Shown here: one piece after another, positions 51,545 through 62,771 of the stretch
Position numbering within the stretch: the first letter of the stretch is position 1
Layout of the letters: each line of letters begins with the position of its first letter
From: Vitrella brassicaformis CCMP3155
Lineage: Eukaryota > Protista > Chromerida
Assembly: GCA_001179505.1 (NCBI GenBank)
Contig: CDMY01000421.1
Location: forward strand, 16,397-80,207
DNA: 63,811 nucleotides
Direction of reading: 5' to 3'
Program-made: the position numbers and the translations under genes
The notes under the pieces: model-generated
Told to the model about the DNA's origin: nothing
What the model saw: the letters and a program-made list of their open reading frames with translations, nothing else
Databases searched by the model: none

Positions 51545-52502
51545 TCACGCGCTGGCAATCTGGTCGACCCCCGTTGCGGCCACGGGGACGAATCCGTCCT
51601 CATCCACCCCCTCATCCTCCTGTTCCTGCTGCTGTGGCCCGTCCTTCATCTCAACCACTGTCATTTCCTCACCCAGCTGCTGGGGCGAGCAGCACGTGAC
51701 GCAGAAGACGTTCTTGGGCGGCCGATTGGCTCGGGTTGTGTTGCCACCAGTGGGGGTGGTGAAGGTGAGTGCGCGTGTGAGCATGGTCCAGAGGATGGAT
51801 GTGGAGCGGGTGGTGTCGCGCGAGGCCGTCGCCGGCTGACGCACCACCACGCCTTTGTTCTTCTCCAAAGCCTCGTCAACGTCCTCTACCTGAAACCACA
51901 TCGAGACGCAGAAATACACACAGGGAAGGACGCAAGGCGGTGTCTCGTGTCACATGCCCACGTACCTGCTCGAATGTGGCCTGAATCACCTCCTTCATGC
52001 CCGCGTCCTCAGCCGTCAACTCCCCCCTGATCGCATACACGGACCAGCAATGGACAGATCAGCAACCGACAAATCGAGAATGTCACCTGTCGATGCGCTC
52101 AGCGATGCTGGCCATCTTGGGCCCCTCCTTCCTCTCCCGCAGCTCCGTCTCCACCTCGTGTTTCTTCTGCCGGTAGATGTCCGAGTAGTCCTTTTGCACC
52201 AAAGCCTCGCTTGCCGTCAACACACCCTTGGCCATGGACCATCGGCCAAAGACGGGCGTCTCGTCGCCGGCCTTCTTCTTATCCTCGTCATCGACCTCGG
52301 GGCGCATGTGCAGCGGCAGCTCCATACGCAGGGGGTAGAACGACAGCCTGAAGGAAAGGATGCATCACCAGGCACCATGCCGTGCGGCTGGTCATTGCAG
52401 AATGGACTCTCAGCAAGAGGTCTGGTCTTACGGGTAGCTGACGCGCTCCCCATTCCTGGAGGGCTTCTGTATGAAACTCTCGGTCTCCTGCACGCCTGCC
52501 AT
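51545..52502 (-). CDS. Hypothetical protein (about 240 aa, 4 exons)
   Basis: In-phase exons MAGVQETES...SYP|LSFYPLRMELPL...ERIDR|GELTAEDAG...FEQ|VEDVDEALEK...ASA*. No family recognised. Confidence 0.6.
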
Positions 52503-52932
52503 CCTCCTCTGAACCAAAAACACCAACTGTCGCCAGGCCCCCAGGATCGCGAGACTGCGAGCTAAGCCTCAGTCTGCCTGCTCTTTTATCAGCACAAACG
52601 TCACCATCGAGGCCGTATCTTCGTGTTATTGTTGTCCGCTTATGGCAACGAATCGGCGCCGGCAATCCCGCAACAGAGCGGCCAGTGGCACTCAACGGAA
52701 GCAGTTTCAAGACACTCAATTGGAAGCCCACTGACGCATCCGGCATCATAACGAGTGTCCCTGAAGCCCTTAAAGTTTGAGTTCTCTTGGTGGTTCAATG
52801 TCGCAAGGCGACGCCGAGTCACTGCGAGAGCACGGGTAAGGACAGGGCAGACACGGGGGCCGCCATGGCCGGCTGCTGGGTTGCATGATGCGCACACTAG
52901 AGAGGCCGACATGCGGAGAAGGGCGGCACTGC

Positions 52933-55900
52933 ATGGTGGAGTGGAGGGGGCTCAACTGCCCGTATCAGATGGCGAGGGAGGAAGAAGCTGGTGTCCTCCC
53001 TGTGTGTGCATTGTGTTGCAGTTACGTGGAGGTGAAGCTGATTGGGCGCGGCAACTACGGAACTGCGCATCTGGTCAAGACTATGGAATCTCTACCGGAC
53101 GGATCGCCGGGCACCAGGAAGCCCAAACTCTACATAGCCAAGAAGGTACTTATGCACTCATGAGCGAGGCCCTGTGTATGTGTTGAAAGAGCCTCCGGCC
53201 GTATGCGCGTGTGTGTGTGTCCGTCATGCAGGTTCCTCTATCGTATCTGAGTGAGAAGGAACAGGAGTCGGCTATGAAGGAGGTGACTGAGGAGAGAGGA
53301 CACTAGCGGATGGACGGGTCGGGTGGTTGCTGATGCGTCCGGCCATGCGTATGCGGTGTGTGTGTGTGCAGGTGGAGGTTCTGCGGCGTCTTGAGCATCC
53401 GAATGTGGTGGCGTACAAGGACTCCTTCATGCTCGAGGGACACGTGCTTGTCATTGTCATGCAGGTGAGTGACTCACAGCAACAGCATAGCGCATTTCTC
53501 ACAGGTGGATGGCTGGATGTGTTCAGTACTGTGAGGGTGGCGACTTGGCGTGGCACATCAAGCAGCACCAGCGGGACAAGAAGCCCTTTCAGGAGATCGA
53601 AATCATGAACTGGTCAGTCAGACAGACAGACAGACAGACACACAGACAGACAGACCATTGTCTGTGTCTCTGTGACCTGACTGTGTGCAGGTTTGTGCAG
53701 ATCTGCATGGCGCTGCAGCACATCCACCGGCAGAAGATACTGCACAGAGACCTCAAGAGCTCAGTACGCCCTCACCTCAGCAATCAATCCATTTGCTGCA
53801 TGCCCATCTCCCTGTGTGTGCTGTGCTGTGCTGTGCTCTCTACCTTTTCAGAACATCTTCCTGACTCGCAACGCCCGCATCGTCAAGCTCGGTAGGCACA
53901 GCACACATACACACACCCACACACGTGCAAAGGAAGGATGCATTCGTTGTGTGTACAGGTGATTTCGGCATATCTCGCGTGTTGGACGGCACGCTGGAGC
54001 AGGCACTCACTGTGGTCGGCACACCGTACTACATGAGCCCTGAGGTGAGTCAGCCAGCGAGTGAGCGAAGGGATTGGACATCTCTCTCCCTCTCTCTCTG
54101 TGTGAGTAGGTGTGCGAGAACAAGCCCTACACCTTCAAATCTGACGTCTGGGCGCTGGGGTGCGTCCTCTACGAGCTCTGCGTGCTCAAGTGAGGCCAAT
54201 AGCAGGGAGACACACGTACAGTACAATCCTTCACTGCTTCATTATTCCTTTTTTTTTCTCTCATGGATAAAGGCACGCCTTCTCTGCCAGCAACCTTCTT
54301 GGGCTGGTATACAAAATCGTGGCGGAGACGTACGACCCCATCCCAGACACGTACTCACCGGTCAGTGCGGCGTCATTGGCCCCCTCCCAGCATGCACAGG
54401 TCTTATTCGTTTCTTTCTGCAGGAGCTGAGCCGCCTCGTGAGAAGTCTGCTGACCAAGAAGGCGGAGGAGCGGCCGTCAGTCGAGGAGCTGCTCGCAGAC
54501 CCATATGTGCAGGTCGGGTCGGCAACCATCAAGCCGACACACACACACACAACACGCACCCATGTCTCCCTCTTTTCTCTCAGTCGTTCATGCAAGAGTT
54601 CGCCGACACCAACGGCGCGTCTCTGACCGCACAGATACAGCCACAGTCCAAGATCTTCGCACGGATGCGGGGCCTCCCACACGCGCACAGCCGGGACAGC
54701 CCGCAGGCGAGAACCGTGCCGGCCGCGCACACCGACAGCAGCCAGCCGCCTGTAGCTGCAGCAGAGCCACCAGCAGCACCCCGCCCCTCCACTGCTCGCG
54801 ACGATGGGCAACAGCAGCCGAGCAAGCCAATGGTCCGGGAGACACCCAGGTGCGCGCGCAAGATGGGACAAAGAGAATGAGGCACTTGTGTACCCACTCA
54901 AATGTTGTCTTCCGTCGTTACAGGGAAGCTGCGTTGCGCAGACGTCGCGAGCAGGCTGACAAGCACGCCGAGGCGCTCAAAGAGGCAGCACGAGTACAGG
55001 CCGCTGAGAAGCAAAAGTAGGCATGAGCACACCTACCTCATTAGCGAGACCACCGTCTTTTCTTTCTCATATGTATGTGTCCATCATTGTAGAGCGAAGG
55101 AGAGGGAGGCCGAGCAGTTTTATTCGAGCAGAGGGGCTGGGTGGTACCATTCTGTGCGGGACGGTGCAGGGGTGAGGGCGATGAATGTCCAGATTGACAT
55201 GATGAGGCCGCCATCGCAGCCGGCGTCTGGGCAGGGGCAGGCCATGCAGATGCATGGATATCGTTTCTCGGAGATCCCCCAGCCGCCTGAAGCCCCTAAC
55301 AGACGCAGGTAAAGCCTCATTCCGTCCCCTCTCACCTCGGCAGAGACACGAGCCCTCTCTTTGTGCTGCAGCCCGTCCCAGCCTCGTCGAAGCGAGCAGA
55401 GTGTCGTCAGCACTACTGCCGATCGCATCACGTCCTCTGCTCCGCCAGGAGACCTCCAGTACTTCCCCAGCCCCCCGCTGCCCAGCGCATCCCACCACCC
55501 CCATCAGCAGCCCAGCAATCAGCCTACCACGCCCCACGGACAGAGAAAGTGGGGCCAGAGGAATGACAAGTTTGACTCGTATGCGCCACCGACGGTCGAC
55601 ACACTGCGCGAGGGCGAGATGGAGCTGCCGCCTCCACAGCTGCAGCACTACGATACCGAAGATTGGTGTGATGAGAGTGCCGATTGGGATGGCGACACCA
55701 ACAGAGAGCATAGTGGTGTGGGTGTGGGTGTGGGTGTGGGCGCTGGGATGGGCAGTGGGAGTGAGCAGGAGGAGTACGATGACGACTTTGAGTGCGAAGA
55801 GGAGGAGGACGCCGTTTGTGAGGAGGAATACATCAACAATGAAACTGCAGAGGAGAACGCCGACAGAGACGAGCAGGTGAGCGGACAGACCACAGCCAAC

Positions 55901-56637
55901 AAATCCCAACCCCCGTAACACACACGTGCACTCTGTCTCTTCTCTCTGTTCTCTGTCTTTTCAGGAGCTGTCGCTGGTGGTCGACAACTACAAGCGAAGC
56001 CTAGTGGACAGCGGCTCCTTCCCCGCCATGCACGCCACCCGCCCCACCTCCACCTCCCGCCCCAGCTCCGCACACCGCAAGCTCCGCCCGCCATCGTCGT
56101 CAGGCGCACGCACCACCAACACCGGCACTGGCTCGGCCAGGACCACACCCACATCACCTGACAGCGCCTCGCCGCCCTTCGCCCCTGTCAGCCCGTCAAG
56201 TGGGCATTCGTCGAGTCAGCAGGAGCTGCCGATCGCTATGACGATGGCGCGTGGTGAGCTGCTGAACAAGGCTAAAGAGGAGTTGCGGGGCAGGATGGGC
56301 GGGGAGACGTTTGATAAGGGGTTCGCGCTGCTGATCGAGGTGAATAATCCTGAGCCCAGGAGAGGCTATGTGTCCTTGCTGGTGTCATTTCTGTAATGGT
56401 GTGCTTTTTGTTGGCGTGTAGATGCGCCGTGATGCCAAGATAAGTGATCACGACTTGCAGAAGCGGCTGCTGGACACCATAGGAAGGGACCACTTCAAGA
56501 GGTCGGTCAGATGCGGGGACAGTCTCGCACCGGCCCCCTCATACACTGTCCCTTTCTGTCTGTCTGTCTGTCTGCCTGTCTGTCGCAGATACGGGATGGA
56601 GTTAGACCAGCTGGTGTTCAAGACGTTGCTAGGGTGA
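52933..56637 (+). CDS. NIMA-related (NEK) Ser/Thr kinase with long low-complexity C-terminal region
   Basis: IGRGNYG, YIAKK, LEHPNVVAYKDSF, YCEGGDL, ILHRDLKSS|NIFL, KLG|DFGISRVL, TVVGTPYYMSPE|VCENKPYTFKSDVWALGCVLYELCVLK|HAF. Confidence 0.95.
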
Positions 56638-57263
56638 CGAAATGATAGACGCGGAAAGGAAAGAATGATGATAGATGGGAGAAGAGGGAGGGAGGGAGGA
56701 AGACACATGTTGCTGTGCAGTGCATTTGGAAGGAGGCTCGCTGAGTGGCGAACAGTGGATGGTATGTGTGGGCTTGTGCTGCGCTGGTCGCTCTTCTTTG
56801 CTTGCGTGCATCGCAGTTTTGACACCCGCAAAGAGACACAGACAGGGGGGATGGAGGGCAGCTGCTTGGACAGAGATAGATGGAGGGCCAGCCACTGGGC
56901 CATCGCATGGGGGCGGCGGCGTTTTTGTTTTGGAAGGAGGTCACAAAGTGTGGGCGGGAGGATCGATCACTTACCCCGTGTTTGAGCAGACCCATTTCAT
57001 CAATTCGATCGTCGCCCGAGAGTTGCTGCTTGACCATTTGCCGAGTGGAGTCGCCTATTATTTCCATGATCGGTGGATGAATGGACAATCCTAAAAGGAG
57101 TGAGTGAATGCAGTAAGTATGTGAGTGGTACGTTGGATGGGAAGCCTGCATTCGCGTCACGGACTCAGGGAATGGTGACCGATGGGGTGGATGCAATGCA
57201 TTGGAATGAACAGCGTCACCGAGCGATTGAGACACGCGCACATATGTACGCATCAATGATGTC

Positions 57264-57881
57264 TCACCGGTTTGCCGGCGCTGGTGCTGTCAGTCTATCC
57301 AGCACAGCACGCACCAGCTTCTGCAGCAGCTCCAATATGCCTTCGCTGGCAGCAGGAGGCGAATCTGGGGCGTCCAATACCGACACTGGCCGTGTCTTTG
57401 GTGCCTCAGCAGCTGTGGCGCTTGCCGCTTCTCTCAACCGCTCCTGCTTATTCTCGTCTCCTTTCAGGCCACACGAGTCATCCTTTGCTTTGTTCTTGCT
57501 CGTCTCTTTCTTGGGCTTCCCCTCTTTCTTCCTCTCCGGCTGTGCCGCCGCCTTCTGCTCATTGTTAGGTGTTGGCGGCCGCGATTGTGTGGGTATGGGT
57601 GTGCCGTCAGTGAGTGAGTAGGCCGGCCCACCGATCTGCTGCTCCGTCGTGGAGTCCCACCGCAGATTAGACGCCCGGTTATCGTCCACATTGCCATTCA
57701 GATGGACGAAGTTGAGAGACAGCATGTGGTGGGACTCGTACCTCCACAAGTGCTCCAGCTCCCTCTCGCGATGCACCAGGGCAACCAAGTTGGCGACGGG
57801 GACGCCTGTCTTGGCCTTCCGAAGGCACCAGGTCGTCTTTTTCATGCCCCACGTCGTATTTGTGTTCCCCAATGTTGTCTT
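57264..57881 (-). CDS. HNH-endonuclease-motif (HNH_3-like) exon
   Basis: PVANLVALVH...FVHLNGNVDDNRASNLRW matches the V-H-R-L-V-A...H-x-N-G...D-N-R-x-x-N-L-x-W pattern. It is preceded by a clear acceptor (tacacacag|aag at 57882). A possible donor (CG|GTGAGA) at the 3' end means it may continue further. Confidence 0.75.
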   Translation of the reverse strand, partial: KTTLGNTNTTWGMKKTTWCLRKAKTGVPVANLVALVHRERELEHLWRYESHHMLSLNFVHLNGNVDDNRASNLRWDSTTEQQIGGPAYSLTDGTPIPTQSRPPTPNNEQKAAAQPERKKEGKPKKETSKNKAKDDSCGLKGDENKQERLREAASATAAEAPKTRPVSVLDAPDSPPAASEGILELLQKLVRAVLDRLTAPAPANR

Positions 57882-58080
57882 CTGTGTGTATATTAAGGAG
57901 GCAATGGATGGACGAAGACTGGGTGTTTGTTGATTCGTCTGTCATTCGTTCATGCACTGACACAACGAATGCATGAACGCACGGACTCATGTACATTTGT
58001 CTGCGTGCTCAACAAGAGCCACCAATTGCATTGTCTGTCGTCTGCGATTCTGTCCTGTGCCACTTGACACACAAGCTCAT

Positions 58081-59974
58081 TCATGCCTCGAAATGGTAAT
58101 CCGCCTCCTGACAGAACAAAAGACGACCAGACACACGCACCAAAACAGACACATGCACCACACGTAACACATGGATGTGCATATCATCCCTCACCTTGCT
58201 GGCTCTGAACGCTTCGGCAGCCACTCTGGCCTCCTCGACGTTGCCATTGTAGTTCTTCGGGTTGAAGTAGGCGTACCGCTGCTGCGCGCCCTCGTACCAC
58301 GTGACCACCCACCTCTTCCTCGCCTTCCCCCAGCTGACACCCGTCACCTCGCTGCGCGGCACGCCCTCCTTCGCCTTGCCCTTGCCGTTCCTGCGCGGCC
58401 CGTAGCCGGCCCACATCTCACGCGCTGCTTCTTCTGCCAGTGCCTGATAACCAAAAACGTCATTTGTCCCTCCTCCAATGCCTACCCATTACGTGTCTCT
58501 CGTCTTTCCACCTGTGCCTGTTCAGGTGGGAGGTGTCGTGTGATCTTGAACAGACGCCCTGGGATTTTGCCCCTCTGGTTGTTTGGTGGTTGTGCAAGCC
58601 AGGCGTTGTCGCGTTTGACGAACGACACTCCCGGTACGTCGGACTTGTACACACCTGATGAGATCACGGCCTTCCCCTTGGGCTTGCCGGTGCCCAGGGG
58701 GTGGGGCGTGGGGTTGGTGATGTACACGCGATGCTGTCCGCAGTGACGCATGGCCATGTCACGATCCGATCGCGGCGGCATGACTGAACACACAACACAC
58801 ACACACACGCCAACCGCCGTGGGGCTCTGATGATTGTCACCCGCGCCCCATTACCTATCTTGTCATCCTTGTGTTGCTCTTTCTTCAGCTCTTTCTCCAA
58901 CATCTCGGGAACGTCGGCAAGTCGAACACGGTCCCTCTGTGGATTGACGCATCCAGGGATGTGCCATGTTGCGGGCCTTTGTTTTTCTGGAGTCATATTA
59001 CCCTCAATCTCTGTGCGATGGTCCCTCCCTCCCTATCCGCCGCGCCGACCTGGCCCTCAGAGCTCACGCAATCACGACCCTCCTGCACACACAGACCCAC
59101 ACACACCACCCACACACCAACACAGATCACACCACCACCACCCCCTTCCCCCCCCCCCCACACACACAAAGGCTGTTGACGTGTGTGTTAGTGTGCTGTG
59201 GTGGTGTGTGGTCGCCTGATGGATCATTGTCTCACTGGTGCGTCAGCGTCTGTGTGTGGCTGCCGTGCAGTCGTCTGTGGTACCTGCTTTGGGCTGTCGA
59301 CGCCCGTGTGTGTGTTGGACAGGTAGTAGCGGTTGTTGCCCTTCTTGACGATGAAGCATGCCGCCACCAACTCATCCAAACAATCTGACCACGGAAACAT
59401 ACACACGGAGGGAGAGAGGGATGTGTGTGAGTGTGTGTGAGTGTGTGTGAAGGTGTGTAGTGTGGGTGTGTGCCGTTGCGAACCGTCCATCTGTTGCTGT
59501 GTGTGGTTAGGGAATGCCTCCAACAGCTTCTTCTTGACTGCACTCACACACACGTCAAGTGAATGGCAATTGGTGGCTGGCTGTTTCCTGCCAGGCACCA
59601 TCGGGGCTATGTGGTCGCTTCTTGCGGTTGCGGGGCTTCTGCGGCTGGTCGTCTGCGATCTCCTCCCCCGCCCCATTCATGTGGATGTCATCAGCGTCAT
59701 GATCATCATCGCGGCTCGGGGCAGACGACGATGCCACGGCCAGTGTGGGGTGCTCTGCGAGGCGTGGGCTGCGGCGGGGCGGGGGAGGGGCGGATGCAGC
59801 TGTGTGCAATGTGGGCGGGTGGTTGAGCTCCACCGTCTGCGCATCCACCTCCATCGGGGCCGCACCAGCAGCATCATCATTCATGGTGGGTTGCTGTTGG
59901 GCTTCTCGCCACGCCGCAATGATGGCATCGAGATCTGGCGGAAACCTGTACCAGCGGCCTACCTCCTCAGTCAT
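58081..59974 (-). CDS. ApiAP2-type protein with two AP2 domains
   Basis: AP2-1 is SDVPGVSFVKRDNAWLAQ...RLFKI...EQAQ|ALAEEAAREMW. AP2-2 is SEVTGVSWGKARKRWVVTWYEGAQQRYAYFNPKNYNGNVEEARVAAEAFR. Upstream exons start at MTEEVGRW (59974), but some internal exons are uncertain. The end is either EADYHFEA* at 58081 or a splice into the HNH exon. Confidence 0.8.
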
Positions 59975-60042
59975 CTGAAAGTGCGATTACTCAGTCGAAA
60001 CAAAGTCAAAACCGCCTCTCTGTAAATTGTCGTTCGCATCTC

Positions 60043-60050
60043 AGCTCGCA
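60043..60050. promoter_or_regulatory. Candidate promoter motif YGCGAGCT/AGCTCGCR (representative site)
   Basis: The same 8-mer occurs in 11 of 13 upstream or divergent intergenic intervals in the window (see findings). Confidence 0.55.
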
Positions 60051-60052
60051 GA

Positions 60053-62771
60053 ATGTCAGACCCAGAGCTGCCAGACCCTGAGGAAGGAGACCGCGGCATC
60101 TATGAAAGTGCCAACCTCCTCGTCCCGGATGCGCCGAGTCCGTTAGGAGATCTTCCTCACTCAGATGCGATTGAATCTCTTTTCGACGCCTCGCTGCGGC
60201 TGCCGGGGATGCTTATCCGCCTGCTCCAGCTATGCCCTCAGCCCCTTCGCACTGCGCTTGAGTCCCACATTCGCAAGCTGGCTGACGGGAAGCGTCTAGA
60301 GGCCTACCTGGGCGGCATGATCGCTCTCCTGCAGTGAGCATTGAACATGGAATCATCACCGACACACCAGCACTGTCATGAGCGTTGTCCATCTGTGCGT
60401 TTCCCGTTGTCTCAAGCGGTGGGGTCCGCCCACTCCTGCCAGTGGAGTGGCCGTTTGAGTTCAACACGACGCGTTGCATGTTCGAAGACACGCGGGTCAA
60501 GAACGAACCGGTCCACCCAACACTCGATGAGCAGGGGATTCTACCCGCCGGCATGTGGCCCACCCATAGGCTGGTACAGAGGCTGAGGCGACCCGCATAC
60601 ACATTGTCCATCAACCATGTCGCTTGCAGGACGCGATGACTCCGCGTGTGATCGAGTACGCCAACACGCTTGAGGCCACGGCAGGTGTCGCCGTGCAGTC
60701 GCAGTGGCAGCAGATCCTGGCTTATTACAAGGTCGAGGGCATTACCGATTGGGAAGCCCTCCTGCGAGACGCCTGCGCGTCTGAGGATGAGCTCCTGAGG
60801 CCGCGTAAGCCTGAAGGTCAGCATTGAGAGGGAAGGAATGCACAATCACGAATACACACAAACACACACGGCTGTGCATCACATGTGTGTGTGTGTGTCT
60901 CAGAGCGTATCTCCGCGCTCAACCGTCTGTGGACGCTGGGCGGCATTGCGGCGCTTATTGTGGCCATTGGTGACTTCCCTGTCGGCCTCGACCCCAAGAA
61001 GCTATCACCGTGGGTTCGACACCTGCTCTCGGGTCTCACATCATTGCCTGTGTCCAAGGACGACGTAGAAATGACGAGCGAGGTTAGTCACAGTCCGGGC
61101 GACACTGCCGCCCACATACCGCCGCGACGCCGTGTTGATTTGTGTATCTGATTGTAGGATGTCAAGGCTGCGATGATCGAGGGAACTTCCGCAAGCCTCA
61201 CACCGAGGATCAAAAAGGCAGTCGCAAGTGGGGTCGTCCGTCGACATGGCGCATGGAATGCAAACAAAGTCCAGAAGGCTTTGGGTGTGTGTGTGTTGCT
61301 CACTTTAGGTGTGTGTGTGTTGAACCAGCTGGCGGAAGTAGGCACGCCAGCCCATCGTGAGGTGAGGTACAGACTGGAGAACACTGTGGCCCATTGGAAT
61401 CTCGTTAGCGGCATGGCCGTCATCAAGCGCGGTCAGTAGTATAATTAAATCCCACCGTGTGTGGGTAACACTAGATCTTGTGTTGATCTTGTCCTCACAC
61501 AGGTATGCAACTGCACGCCGGGGCTACGCTTTATCAGCTAGGCATCATCACTGAGGCGGCTGCCACCATCTGGACGACTCATCTGTCCTTCCGGCCAGAG
61601 GACAGGCTCAAGATGGACACGCCGGACGACCTGTGGGGAATGCCTGTCACGGACGCGTTAGCGACAGGTCGGTCACTGCGACTGGCAGCAAGAGTCTGCA
61701 CACACAGAGAAGGGAAGGACACAGACAGAAGTCCATCCATCCATTGCCTCTGACTGTGTGCACGATATTGCTTCCCGATGGGCCGCCTGCAGGTCGTGTG
61801 TCACTCCTCGCAGACGAGAATTCAAGATGGCCGCGCCGTGGCGCACTCGCCATTGCCACCGTTGAGCAGGAGGGCGTTGCAAGGAGGGTTCACAAGTGGG
61901 ACATCTTCGACGTAGTGTTTGCCAGTAAGCACCACACCGAGACAGAGGGCCAGCGGGGCATCAGCACATGCGCTCGGTCCGTTCCCTCTTCTGTCAGCTA
62001 AGGGCTTTCCCCCCGATGCCCTCAGGAATCTGCTCATACGTATGGCCCACACGCTCACACCGCGACTGGTGGTAAGACGGCAAGAACAGAGGCGACACGC
62101 GCAATGACACACGGGCAGATGTCGGGTCGTCTCTGCAGGTTTTCCACCTCGGCGATGGCGACGTCCATGGTCTCGATATCGGCCTGGGTCTCGCTGCGCG
62201 ACTGAAGCCCCACAAGATCGAGGTCAACTGGCTCGCCGTGTCAGCTGAGCAGGTCAAACAGTGGAAAAAGAAGGTATGCCCAGGAAACAGTATCGCGCTT
62301 GCACAGCTGTGCTGGGTTCACGTCTGTGCTGTATGTGCACCCTGCCTCAGTTTGACTTGCAGGCGAAGAAATGCAGCGAGGCTGACATGGAGAAGACCGA
62401 GGCTCTGCTGCGTGGCCCCGTCATTGCGCACGAGGGGCGAGACGCCTATCAGACGTGGCTGCGGAAGAAGGAAACAAAGGTGACTGCACAAGACGTGCCG
62501 CATGCCTGAAGCAGCACCAATCTTCTATGCTGACTGTGCACACTCAGATGTGGCGTGACCTCCAGCACCAGATAAAGACCATCCGGGAGACGGGGCAACA
62601 GATGAAGCTCGATGTAAGAATGTCAGAGACTAACGGACGTCAACCGACATACAGACAGTGTGGTGATGTCATCAGATGGTGATCGATCGAGTGGATACAG
62701 CGGTGCTAAAAAAGGTGTTTGGAGACCTGGTGGAGAAGAGGCTAGGTGCAGACGTGGACATGACTTCATGA
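60053..62771 (+). CDS. Divergent Spo11/topoisomerase VI subunit A-like protein (about 599 aa, 13 exons)
   Basis: All junctions join in phase (modelled CDS 1800 nt). Motifs in Spo11 order are HREVRY (Tyr at 61368-70), LYQLGIITEAA, IATVEQEG (TOPRIM Glu), FA|TKGFP, VFHLGDGDVHGLDI (DxD), VNWLAV, SEADMEKTEALL and QIKTIRETGQQMKLD. Confidence 0.8.
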
